DNA from: Hormiphora californensis
Lineage: Eukaryota > Animalia > Ctenophora
Assembly: GCA_020137815.1 (NCBI GenBank)
Contig: CM035356.1
Span: 5,270,001 to 5,334,000, forward strand
Direction: 5' to 3'
Length of the DNA: 64,000 nt
The translations under genes and the position numbers were made by a program. A model generated the notes under the pieces. The model was not told the DNA's origin, did no database searches, and worked only from the letters and a program-made list of their open reading frames with translations. Shown here one piece after another: positions 56,001-64,000 of this stretch. The stretch's first letter is position 1, and every line of letters begins with the position of its first letter.

Positions 56001-59000
56001 TAAAATTATTAACACACATATATAAATTATTACACTTAGACAAAATCGGTTACTTTAAAATCATACCAGAATCTGTTTAAACATGATGGTCTTCTACGAA
56101 TGAACTTATTAATGGAATTTTTAACTAAATTTAACTCATAACTCTGGTTAATTAACTTATCTATTAAAATTCTAACATCTGAAATAAAACTATTAGCATC
56201 AGAAGATGATTTGCAAATTCTATACAATTCACCAATCAAAACACCATAAGATAAGCGATTGCTAACTTTAGAGTTAAGATTAGGAAAAGTAATTACCGAG
56301 AATTTGAAGTCTCTTCTTTTGTCATAGAGTTTCCAATGAAATTTACTATTTACTATACTAATGTCTAAATCTAGAAAGGTCGAATTATCATCACTTGAAT
56401 TAGTAGGTACAATTTCTAGATCCTTAGGATAAATATCATTACAAATAATAGATATGGCATTCTTGTTAATATTAGGAGCAGCTAGGTCATCAATATATCT
56501 TTTACAAAAACTTAACTCTTTCACAATATTATTATCTGCTTCTGACGTATTTAATATAAATTCATTTTCATAAAAATACAAGTATAAGTCTGCTATCTGA
56601 GGGGCACAATCACAACCCATTGGAATACCAATCACTTGTTTGTAAATGTCACCTCTATACTTAACAAAAATATTATTAATTAAAAATGAAAACATATCTA
56701 TAATATCATCACACGTAAAGCACCATTTAACATTTTTTCTAGAACTCCACGAAGCATTATAACTTTTAGATACACAAACTTTAATCACACTTTTTAAATC
56801 AAAACATCTTTGTACTAACAAACTAATTTTATCAATCACATCTTTATGAGGTATATTAGTATACAATTTCTTAAAGTCAAAGGAAGTAATAGTCTTGGCC
56901 ATAGATTTATTATTTAAATAATCTAAAACATTCACAAAACACTCTTTGTTGTTTGCAATCCAATAGGTCTCATACTTCTTAAATTTACACAAAAATTTGT
57001 CTTCTCTTTTAATAGTATCATTAATTAATTTTAATACACCAGTTAATATTTTAGACAAAACTTTAGTCGAACTTTTAGTCCCAGCTGCAATGTATCGGTA
57101 ATCTAACTGAGGTTTATGAAATTTAGGCAACATATGTATGAATGGTACAGTAAAATCATTCACCTCTATATCAAATTGATTACAATACTTTACATGACTA
57201 GTAACTACTTCAGACTCAATACTATTAGATAACTCATAAGTTTTAGTATTACGCAATTCATTAGAAATCGTATCTACGTAAAACTGTTTACATATAAATG
57301 AAATATTATTACTAGCTTTATCGACAGAACTTAACACAAAATGATTACGAATAAGTTCAAAGTCGTTCTTGAACTCTTCGAAAACTGATTTTTTCGGAGA
57401 AGTCCTGAGTTCGACATTATTGAACTCATTAGTAATATTTTCTCGAACAGTAGAAAACCAAGGATCAAAAATCTTAACGCTAACGTTACACTTATTAGAA
57501 ACTTTAGATATATAATCTTTCACATCTTGTACCACACTAGTAATTATTTCATGTTTAGGTTTAAAAATACGTTCTATAAATGTATAACCTTTATCGAAAA
57601 CTGACTTCAATTTAATATTTTTGACAATGTTAGTGTCACCTGTTATCACATGGCCCACTTTCTTGTCAATAAACTCAGAATATAAGTGACAATAACATAA
57701 TGGTACATCCTTACAATGTAGCACTATATCTTTGTAGTTAATTATATTTGCTCTGATAGATTTATCATACTTATAGCACACATTCAACCTAAATTCATCA
57801 GATTTATATTTATACGAAAGATCTTTAGCTGGAAATAACTCTTTACAAATCGGAGAATTCAAAATTTTATTTAAGTTAATTGATTCTAACTCTTTAATAC
57901 ATAACCTAATTGGAATATAATCACCAATAAATTTCTTCTTAGTATTTAGCTTGTAATTATTTGAAAGAAAATCATTAAAATTTATTTCACGAGTTATATA
58001 GTGGTTACATAAATCTAAAACAATAACAAAAAATAACTTCACACTTTTATTATATAAACTAGAGTATAATCTTTCAGTCACTAAATTACCTATACTAATA
58101 ATACACTTTCTATTTAATCGACTTATAACAGAGCGAATCAAATAGATTTTGTCATCGAAAAAGTAGGTTTGTAGTTTGTCCAAAGTATCTACTTTATCAA
58201 ATGACTCAATATAATCATTCTTATGACAACCACTACCTCTCTTACTTCTGTTATGTAATATTTTAGGAAAAACTTTGTAAATACACGCTCCCTTGTTTAA
58301 TTCTAATTCACTATCAATATAATTAGGTTTCTCTAATCGATCATTGAGACCATAAGGATACAAAGTACATAATTTCAAAATATATTCATTTTCTATATTT
58401 CTAAGGGCAGCCATAAGTAATTTACGATCGTCATAATCATTAGCATTGACACTACACAATGGTTTAATTAAAATATCACTAGGATTATGAACACGTGTGA
58501 AATGGTCAAGGACATGCTTGGGTTCATTTTCTGTTCTTAATCCAGATCGATGAGAACTAAATCGTTTAGAAATAATATTAATAGTTTGTCCCACATATTG
58601 TAAAGAACAACGTTTACAACTAATTAAATAAATAACTGCGCTAGATTTACAATTTAAATTCTCTTGAACTTTAAACTTTTCTCCCGTTAGTATGTTACTA
58701 AAAGTATCCGTACAACTCAAACTGTCACACATTTTACACTTTGGTCTATCACACTTTGTAATATGATTGGAATCTATATATATAACGAGGGACAAGCTTC
58801 AGAGACTACCATACTGCCAAAGATATGCGCAGTATCAAAGGGGAGGGTCGGCTGATATTGGCCTTGAACATAAATATAGTGGTACACACACTGTATAATA
58901 AAGAGAATAGAGATATAGTAAACAAGAATGGATAAATAAGATGTTACTGATACAATAGACTGAGAGAGAAGTTCGAGACTCCTCTCTCGACCAGGAAGAG

Positions 59001-59217
59001 AACACAGTTAACACAAATAAACACCACTCCTGCTACACTAGGGCACACACTCACAGAGAGCGCTCAGAGTCTCTGTGGTGTGTGACAGAGAGCGGAGACA
59101 AATTCAGAGCAGATCACGCGTGACTACCGGGCTGGAGACACAACCGATAATTTCAAGTAGAGGGGAATTAAAATAGAGGGAACCGAGCTCCGAGGTAGAG
59201 AGGGAGAAAGAGAGAGA

Positions 59218-59287
<70 letters not shown>

Positions 59288-61048
59288 TAACTAACTGATG
59301 ATACTAAGCACAATTACTCCATCACTCCAGCCATCTGTTCAAACTGGCACTTCATCAACGAAAGAGAGAGGGGGTTCTGATTGTCGCACCTTATCATCAC
59401 CCAGGGGGGTGTTTATTGTTGCTGTATACTCACCCAGGGGGGGGGGGGCACCCTGTTATATGTTCTAACCCTCCTTTACACTTGTGTGGGGTGCGGTGAA
59501 ACAGGGTCGAGCAAGGCAAGGGGGCACCATCAAAATACGAAGGGACTGTGGGGCTGGCGATCTTCCATACCACGGAGAATGGAGATTTCTCTAATCTATG
59601 AATGTTGTGTACCACAGGTTGTAAAAAGTTGTGATAGCTCAAAATCGGCACCTCTTTTTTGGGTACCCCTCTACACAAGCTCAATTAATATACAATAATA
59701 GGGGTGACTTCTTTACTGCACCCCTGTCAGAGCATTGGCCTGACCCATTCTCGTTTCTCTCAAATTTGCAGCGCGCGAGAACTGTGGTCAGAGCATTGGC
59801 CTGACAGCTGCACCATGCATCACTGATCTTTTCAGCACCAACAGGAGGAACAATTGGAGTTCCCAGCAACCAGCTGCTTTAGTAAAGATCGGTATTGGTG
59901 ATAATAAGCTACTACTTACTACCGGGGTCAAACAGGTGGCTGTGAAAATAACATCTGTCAAACCGTGGCACATACAGTGCTGCTTGTAGTCGTATTACCG
60001 TAAGGGAAATACAGTAATGAGTCGCACACGTTGCATAACGCACGGCAAAAAATGCATGTGTTCAGCACATACTATCGCCCTGATTGGCCACGGTTGCGTG
60101 TCGTCTTACTGTATCTCCGTTTTCCATTACCGTTTTCCGACTACAAGCGACCGTGATGCATGGCCAGGATACATGGTGTGTAACAGGGAGTGACAAATGT
60201 TAGCACGGGGATGATCCAAAAAAAAAGCTACTACTTTTCGCAATTTCGCGGCATTACCACTTACCACAGGGACAAGGTCCCTACAGTGTGAGCACCGTGG
60301 TGAAGTAGTAGTTGATAAACCATATTCTCTCTCCCCTCCTCTCCACAAGTCTTTTGAAATCTCCCGAACTTAGGGTCACTATCTCATTGTCATCTCCATA
60401 TAGATCTGAGAAAGAATTTTGTTATACACGTGGTCTACTACGTCAAAGACGCAGTCTGCTAACATTTTTTGTCTTTTTTGGCGTTTTTTATGTCGTGCAC
60501 TACGTTGTACACCGCACTGTGGGGGGCCAATATGACGGAGCACCACTGTCATCACACAAAACCTACCAAAGTCTTCCCTGTAGTACTGGTAACTGTGCCT
60601 CTCTCGTCCCTGTTTCCTCTCTTTGGTTTCTTTCAGTCCTTCCTCCCCGTACAGATCGTAGGTTCGTCTCGTAGCCTCGTCTAATTGACAGGTATGTTAG
60701 TAATATATGGAGACCCGAAGACGCGTTGCGAGTTGTGACACGGATCGCAGGTCGAATTATCATCATCATTATGCGTGACAGGTACGTCAAAACACGTTGT
60801 TCGGGCGTCCATAAAACAGTAAACTTCAATAGCGCACCTTTTAATACTTCATATGCTTCATTTATTTTCATGAAGTCTTTCTCTGCATCCGGATTGTCCT
60901 TGTTTTTATCCGGGTGGTTTTGCAGGGCCAGTTTCTTGAAAGCAGACCTAATTTCTTTTGTCGTGGAATCCTTTTTAATACCCAGTGTCTGGTAATAATC
61001 TGCCAGAACAGGGGGGCACACCAACAGAAGGAGCAGGAGGCAGACCAT
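35607..61048 (-). CDS. DNAJC10: ER co-chaperone/disulfide reductase ERdj5 (J-domain plus thioredoxin domains, KDEL)
   Basis: Exon 61048-60838: signal peptide + DYYQTLG...HPDKN...EAYEVLK. 60680-60565: [12 protein letters not shown]. 60405-60265: WFINYY..CSHC (1-nt indel). Then a 16-kb intron; 44110-43985 [19 protein letters not shown]; further exons 43670-42020; ~41480-41345 [10 protein letters not shown]; 40948-40766; 40452-40313 [10 protein letters not shown]; 39977-39742 FYTPGCGPC; 39464-39302; last exon 35711-35607 ...KQHVKDEL*. Confidence 0.95.
35912..37822 (-). repeat. Second tandem copy of the DNAJC10 exon block (Trx3-Trx4 exons); first copy 38780-41395
   Basis: Exons NIRSYPT... (37425-37243), [14 protein letters not shown] (~37032-36893), [12 protein letters not shown]...CGPC (~36540-36305) and FAAVMEQL...GTQQ (~36090-35928), plus their introns, duplicate 38780-41395 with scattered substitutions and indels. 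Confidence 0.9.
37824..38183. mobile_element. 360-bp palindromic MITE at the junction of the DNAJC10 duplication
   Basis: ~160-bp inverted arms tgatatctgacacctttgctgagcc... / ...ggctcagcaaaggtgtcagatatca. It abuts the truncated duplicate exon. Confidence 0.85.
38786..39360 (-). repeat. 63-bp minisatellite x9 made of a DNAJC10 exon end plus its splice donor
   Basis: The unit encodes [21 protein letters not shown] and each copy carries cag|gta. Confidence 0.95.
41717..41922. mobile_element. ~205-bp MITE with probable TA TSD and an internal telomere-like tract
   Basis: TIR gcggactctagtgctaa / ttagcactagagtccgc flanked by ta; internal ggttaggggttagtgtaaaggttagggttag. Confidence 0.75.
44512..44760. 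repeat. 42-bp tandem array (~6 units) of a dispersed repeat family with core gtcagagcattggcctgac
   Basis: Unit gggtcaggccaatactctgaccgcagttcttgcgcggggagaata. Dispersed copies at ~34979-35035, 36130-36226, 37117-37165, 39575-39667, 40536-40615, 50462-50485 and 59724-59808. Confidence 0.85.
45048..45156. mobile_element. 109-bp hAT-type MITE
   Basis: TIR caggaaccgaccgaa / ttcggtcggttcctg; 8-bp flanks ataaacaa / acaaacaa (1 mismatch). Confidence 0.85.
45371..45557 (-). repeat. 69-bp tandem repeat (~2.7 units) containing the GPCR's last codons and stop
   Basis: ctgtttacagagccgcatt(a/g)gcacttttattctccaccactacactgct at 45371, 45440 and 45509. Confidence 0.9.
45513..46676 (-). CDS. Single-exon rhodopsin-like 7TM GPCR (orphan), 387 aa, nested in DNAJC10 intron 3
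   Basis: TM1 GTPAN, TM2 IAAVD, TM3 [15 protein letters not shown]6 [20 protein letters not shown]7 [13 protein letters not shown]; N-terminal NVT sequon. Confidence 0.92.
   Translation of the reverse strand: MENVTDTNMGDLNPIPGVDIIIGLFIMICMIVGTPANLLSFYIFYQRPSSAPYFVHTVIAAVDTWICFNGYPIGINLLTGNRTNYFFSSKTFRTLWGVTYEPFVYTSVFLVLVLSTIRLIKLATRRKIVRFRWTVAIVVGYCSLLIIRSLVGITFYGEYIIDHPSSPYPFFMVDDFTSLYADIEYYSAVTLLSVPIIPIVGSALAVAFLLLQNRSNKSRGSNMRYEATITVLIFTTVYIACNIPVVINSIRFDIWKNSGYKEDVGIFKNAPVFRKYYVWTITYIMLVQLNSLLNPIIYYTRMTWFKKDVLTLISRFIPQLNLGVSPGGATRTNFWGAGGESETGTTPTRNPGGKSAFALNKALSERAISPSKGSSVVVENKSANAAL
48059..48241. mobile_element. 183-bp MITE-like repeat; second copy 59973-60155
   Basis: Two similar copies with ~60-bp imperfect inverted arms, tacagtgctgcttg(c/t)agtc...tacagtaa / ttactgtat...actacaagc(a/g)accgtg. 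No clear TSD. Confidence 0.75.
53806..53914. mobile_element. 109-bp hAT-type MITE, same family as 45048-45156, opposite orientation
   Basis: Perfect 8-bp TSD gttatatc on both sides; TIR caggaaccgaccgaa. Confidence 0.9.
55790..58795 (-). mobile_element. Penelope-like retroelement with N-terminal GIY-YIG endonuclease and C-terminal RT (Naiad-type permuted order)
   Basis: Boundaries approximate: AT-rich block with a 919-codon ORF plus ~250 nt of 3' sequence. See the CDS entry. Confidence 0.88.
56036..58795 (-). CDS. PLE polyprotein: Cys-rich knuckle, GIY-YIG endonuclease, reverse transcriptase and thumb
   Basis: [10 protein letters not shown]...[24 protein letters not shown]...RFSSHR...HF..H...[20 protein letters not shown]; then LPKFHK...[50 protein letters not shown]...LYDKRRDF. 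The ORF track starts at a TTG, so the true start is uncertain and the element may be 5'-clipped. Confidence 0.92.
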   Translation of the reverse strand: MSLVIYIDSNHITKCDRPKCKMCDSLSCTDTFSNILTGEKFKVQENLNCKSSAVIYLISCKRCSLQYVGQTINIISKRFSSHRSGLRTENEPKHVLDHFTRVHNPSDILIKPLCSVNANDYDDRKLLMAALRNIENEYILKLCTLYPYGLNDRLEKPNYIDSELELNKGACIYKVFPKILHNRSKRGSGCHKNDYIESFDKVDTLDKLQTYFFDDKIYLIRSVISRLNRKCIISIGNLVTERLYSSLYNKSVKLFFVIVLDLCNHYITREINFNDFLSNNYKLNTKKKFIGDYIPIRLCIKELESINLNKILNSPICKELFPAKDLSYKYKSDEFRLNVCYKYDKSIRANIINYKDIVLHCKDVPLCYCHLYSEFIDKKVGHVITGDTNIVKNIKLKSVFDKGYTFIERIFKPKHEIITSVVQDVKDYISKVSNKCNVSVKIFDPWFSTVRENITNEFNNVELRTSPKKSVFEEFKNDFELIRNHFVLSSVDKASNNISFICKQFYVDTISNELRNTKTYELSNSIESEVVTSHVKYCNQFDIEVNDFTVPFIHMLPKFHKPQLDYRYIAAGTKSSTKVLSKILTGVLKLINDTIKREDKFLCKFKKYETYWIANNKECFVNVLDYLNNKSMAKTITSFDFKKLYTNIPHKDVIDKISLLVQRCFDLKSVIKVCVSKSYNASWSSRKNVKWCFTCDDIIDMFSFLINNIFVKYRGDIYKQVIGIPMGCDCAPQIADLYLYFYENEFILNTSEADNNIVKELSFCKRYIDDLAAPNINKNAISIICNDIYPKDLEIVPTNSSDDNSTFLDLDISIVNSKFHWKLYDKRRDFKFSVITFPNLNSKVSNRLSYGVLIGELYRICKSSSDANSFISDVRILIDKLINQSYELNLVKNSINKFIRRRPSCLNRFWYDFKVTDFV

Positions 61049-61853
61049 CGAGAGTTTTTGGGCAGCAAAAAAAGGAGACAAAAATCGTTTTATGACCAAA
61101 ATCTGGAATTATATTTCAATCGATTTCAGAAATTTTTCGCGCGGCGTGTTTTATGTTTATGCGCGGCTCAATATTTGCGCGTACGATTTTCGGGCAAATT
61201 GAGGATCAATATTTTCTACAATATTCCATAAAAACCTATTTCCGGGCATTTTAAGAACAAAATAAAAGACAGGATTTTAGGAACCACACATCAGCAAACA
61301 ACTGCTAAGTCATAACGGGTTATCATCCCCCATGTAACAGGTGAAAACGCACTCACACATATTTCTTCTCATATAATATTGTTATGGCTGACACACTGAC
61401 ACTTTTGTGTCAAACCGTGCGGAAAAAAAGAACTGATTCCAGTGTGTGGGAACCATATAATAACACAGTGACAAACACACGCACACACATACACACAACC
61501 ACTCTAAATAGAATATAGTACATGGTCGTGGTTGTTTGGTAAAGAGATATAATTATTGTTAATAAACATACAGAGAAAAACCACACCTCTTTCTCTCTCT
61601 CCTTCAAATCATTTCCTCCCCTCCGATCCTTGAATAAACGCATTTATTTATTATAGATGTAACCACTCATATATACTTTTTAACACTCCATTCTATCACC
61701 ATTCTAAATTGTTTTCCCTCCAAATTGATCCCTTGTTAAACGAGCGTTTTTACACAAAAAAGCTAAACTGTCGACCACCACCATGGTATCCATGTGAGTA
61801 AGTGCAACAAATACGGGGACCATACTAATATAATAAATACTCGGATATATATA

Positions 61854-64000
61854 TTAGTACCGACCAAGAGAGGGCGGAGCGCCCCTTCTATTAAAGTCCC
61901 GGTGGGGCGGTGGGGGTGGTGGCGGGTAACCTCGGTACATGGGAGGTGGGAATCCTCTTCCCCCTCCCCGGTACCCTCCTCCCCTTCTATCATCGTAGAA
62001 CCGGTCAGGTTCGCCCCGATAAGGTGGCCGCTCATGGTGGTAGTAGTTGTTGTAATCGTAGCCGTAATTACCACGCCTCCGGTAGGAATTCCTGGGTGGT
62101 GGCGGGGGTCCTGGTTCGTATTTCCGTTTTTCATAACTCGATGACGATGACGATCGTGAGGGGGGTGTTGGGATGACAGATTTAGGTTTCTGCTCCTTCA
62201 CTTCCTCTTTACTCTCCTCTTCCTTCTCCACTGGTACTGGGGTGGGTTCCGCCTCTTGTTCCTCCACAATCCTTGTTGGAGTCTCCTCAACGATCACCTT
62301 CTCTACTGAGGTCGGTACAGGTACAACAGGTGCAGCAGGTTCTACTGGTGTTGTTTTCTCTGGCAGTGCCGGGGATACTTTAGTCGGGCTTGGCTTCATA
62401 CTATCGGGGAGGGTCTCCTTTTTGCCACTTCGAGCTGATATCGCCGAGGTGTACTGCTGGATCTGGGCCAGGGATTGTTGCTGCATGTGTTGCTGTACCG
62501 CAGGAGGGAGGAAGCTACCACCACTATACTTGCTGGAACTATTGTTAGAGTGGCTGTTGCTCCTGACATCGGGCATCCTGTGCATCCTTCCATCTCGGGC
62601 TAACTTCACCCTCGGCCTACTTCCACCTGCACTGTGTTGTTGTTGTTGATGGTGGTGGGCTGCTGCCACTGCGCTCTGCTGCATCTGCTGGGTAAGCTGT
62701 TGTTGTTGTTTCGCTTGTTGCTGTTGCTGCTGGAGATGGTGTTGTTGCTGGGGGAAGTGTTGCTGCAATTGTTCCTGTCGAGGAGGGGGAGGAGCGGTAG
62801 GGTGACTGGGAAACATGACGTTGGGAAGTCGGAACTGCTGCTGGCCCATTAGACCTGGAGAAAGAGAAGGATAGTGTTAGAGACAGATGCAAGATAATTA
62901 ATTCTTAGACGTCCCACCTCCAAGTCAACCCCCGCCCCCCTCTCCCTACCCCCTCCCTCTCCTCACCAGCCCTACCCCCTCTCCACCTGCAGTATTGATT
63001 GAGGACACCCCCGTCCCCCTCTCCCTACCCCCTCCCTCTCCTCAGCCCTACCCCTCTCTTCATACCTGCAGTATTGATTGAGGACACCCCCGTCCCCCTC
63101 TCCCTACCCCCCTCTCCTCACCAGCCCTACCCCCTCTCTTCATAGTTCATACCTGCAGTATTGATTGAGGACACCTCTGTAGGGTGTGGCATTATCTGGG
63201 GACGTGTTCCAATAGGCTCCTTATCAAAGGCAGCTTTGTATCCCATACCCATTGCACCACCATTTTGTTGCTGCATCATTACTTGTTGTAGCAGCTCTGG
63301 GAATAATTGGGGTTAATTGGGGAATAATTGGGGTTAATTGGGGAATAATTGGGGTTAATTGGGGAATAATTAGTTGTTCGCAACAGAAATAAAATGACGT
63401 GGTGCGAGCCACACACAACACATACCCGGTTTGAACATTGGGGGTCGGGGAGGCATCTGGTGGTGGTGATGTCCCATAGGCCTCATTCCAACACCCATCA
63501 CATTAGGAGCACCCGGGTTGAAGGGTTTGGCATCCAGATGCTTAGACATATCCGACTGGAGGAGTATATTCTCCTGGGGCTGTAGTTTGTAGTACATTTC
63601 CTGGGGCGTCACCATCCTGCGAGAGTGTGTGTTAGATGGGAATAGGAGAGATCAGAGGGGGGATCAGATCAGTGGTGGTAGGAGACTGGAGAGTGGTGCA
63701 GATGGAAATATAGGGACACAGAGAAGGGAAGATGTCACGAAGGATTTAACGGTGAGAAGTCCCTTTTTAGGTACAAGTAAACACGTAAACAAAACACGTA
63801 CCCTCGTTGGTAGAATAGATGTTGACTGGAGAGAGCACTCTGGGGAGCCTTGTGCATACTCTGGGTAAAAGACATCATTCCCCCTGAGGGGTCCAAGGCA
63901 TCAAACGACCCTTGAGGGCTGTTATACAATGCACCCAGTTTCGGACTGTTTGGTTTCTGCCCGAACGGAGAAAACGGGTTCATTTGCCCGGGTATGGGGC
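61854..64000 (-). CDS. 3' exons of a Q/P-rich low-complexity protein with a PAM2-like motif and RGG/YR-rich tail; gene continues beyond the window
   Basis: In-frame exons >64000-63802, 63616-63426 (SKHLDAKPFNPGAP), 63296-63153 and 62854-61854 (polyQ; RRGGGYRGGGRGFPPP...LGRY*), joined by GT-AG introns. Confidence 0.75.
62930..63176 (-). repeat. ~80-87-bp tandem repeat x3 containing an exon end and donor
   Basis: cctgcagtattgattgaggacacc at ~62986, 63065 and 63152. Confidence 0.85.
63298..63372 (-). repeat. 21-bp tandem repeat x~3.5 at a splice acceptor
   Basis: ggaataattggggttaattgg units directly upstream of cccag|agctg. Confidence 0.85.

Overview
Eukaryotic animal genomic DNA, not prokaryotic: multi-exon genes with GT-AG introns, dense (GA)n microsatellites and many MITEs. 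A ctenophore (Pleurobrachia/Hormiphora-like) is my inference from the repeat families and intronless GPCRs. Genes on the minus strand: a secreted Frizzled-CRD protein, ZIP7/SLC39A7, an intronless NST1-like gene (a family I know only from fungi), two single-exon rhodopsin-type GPCRs, DNAJC10/ERdj5 (about 25 kb, ends KDEL) and the 3' part of a Q/P-rich protein with a PAM2-like motif. HYLS1 is on the plus strand. Highlights: (1) the NST1 homologue in an animal; (2) an intact, very AT-rich Penelope-like retroelement with permuted domains (GIY-YIG before RT, Naiad type) and a degenerate SECIS-like 3' hairpin, nested with a GPCR in a 16-kb DNAJC10 intron; (3) a 4.3-kb foldback element with CAC...GTG ends, a 5-bp TSD and ~1.2-kb arms in a HYLS1 intron; (4) an in-frame tandem duplication of four DNAJC10 thioredoxin exons plus a 9x array of an exon end with its splice donor, one of several tandem repeats on splice sites; (5) splice acceptors just upstream of most start codons, suggesting SL trans-splicing and possibly operon-like transcription. 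Single-base indels in otherwise intact exons and garbled purine tracts suggest consensus errors, so frameshifts are treated cautiously. All homology calls come from motif recognition by eye; no searches were run.
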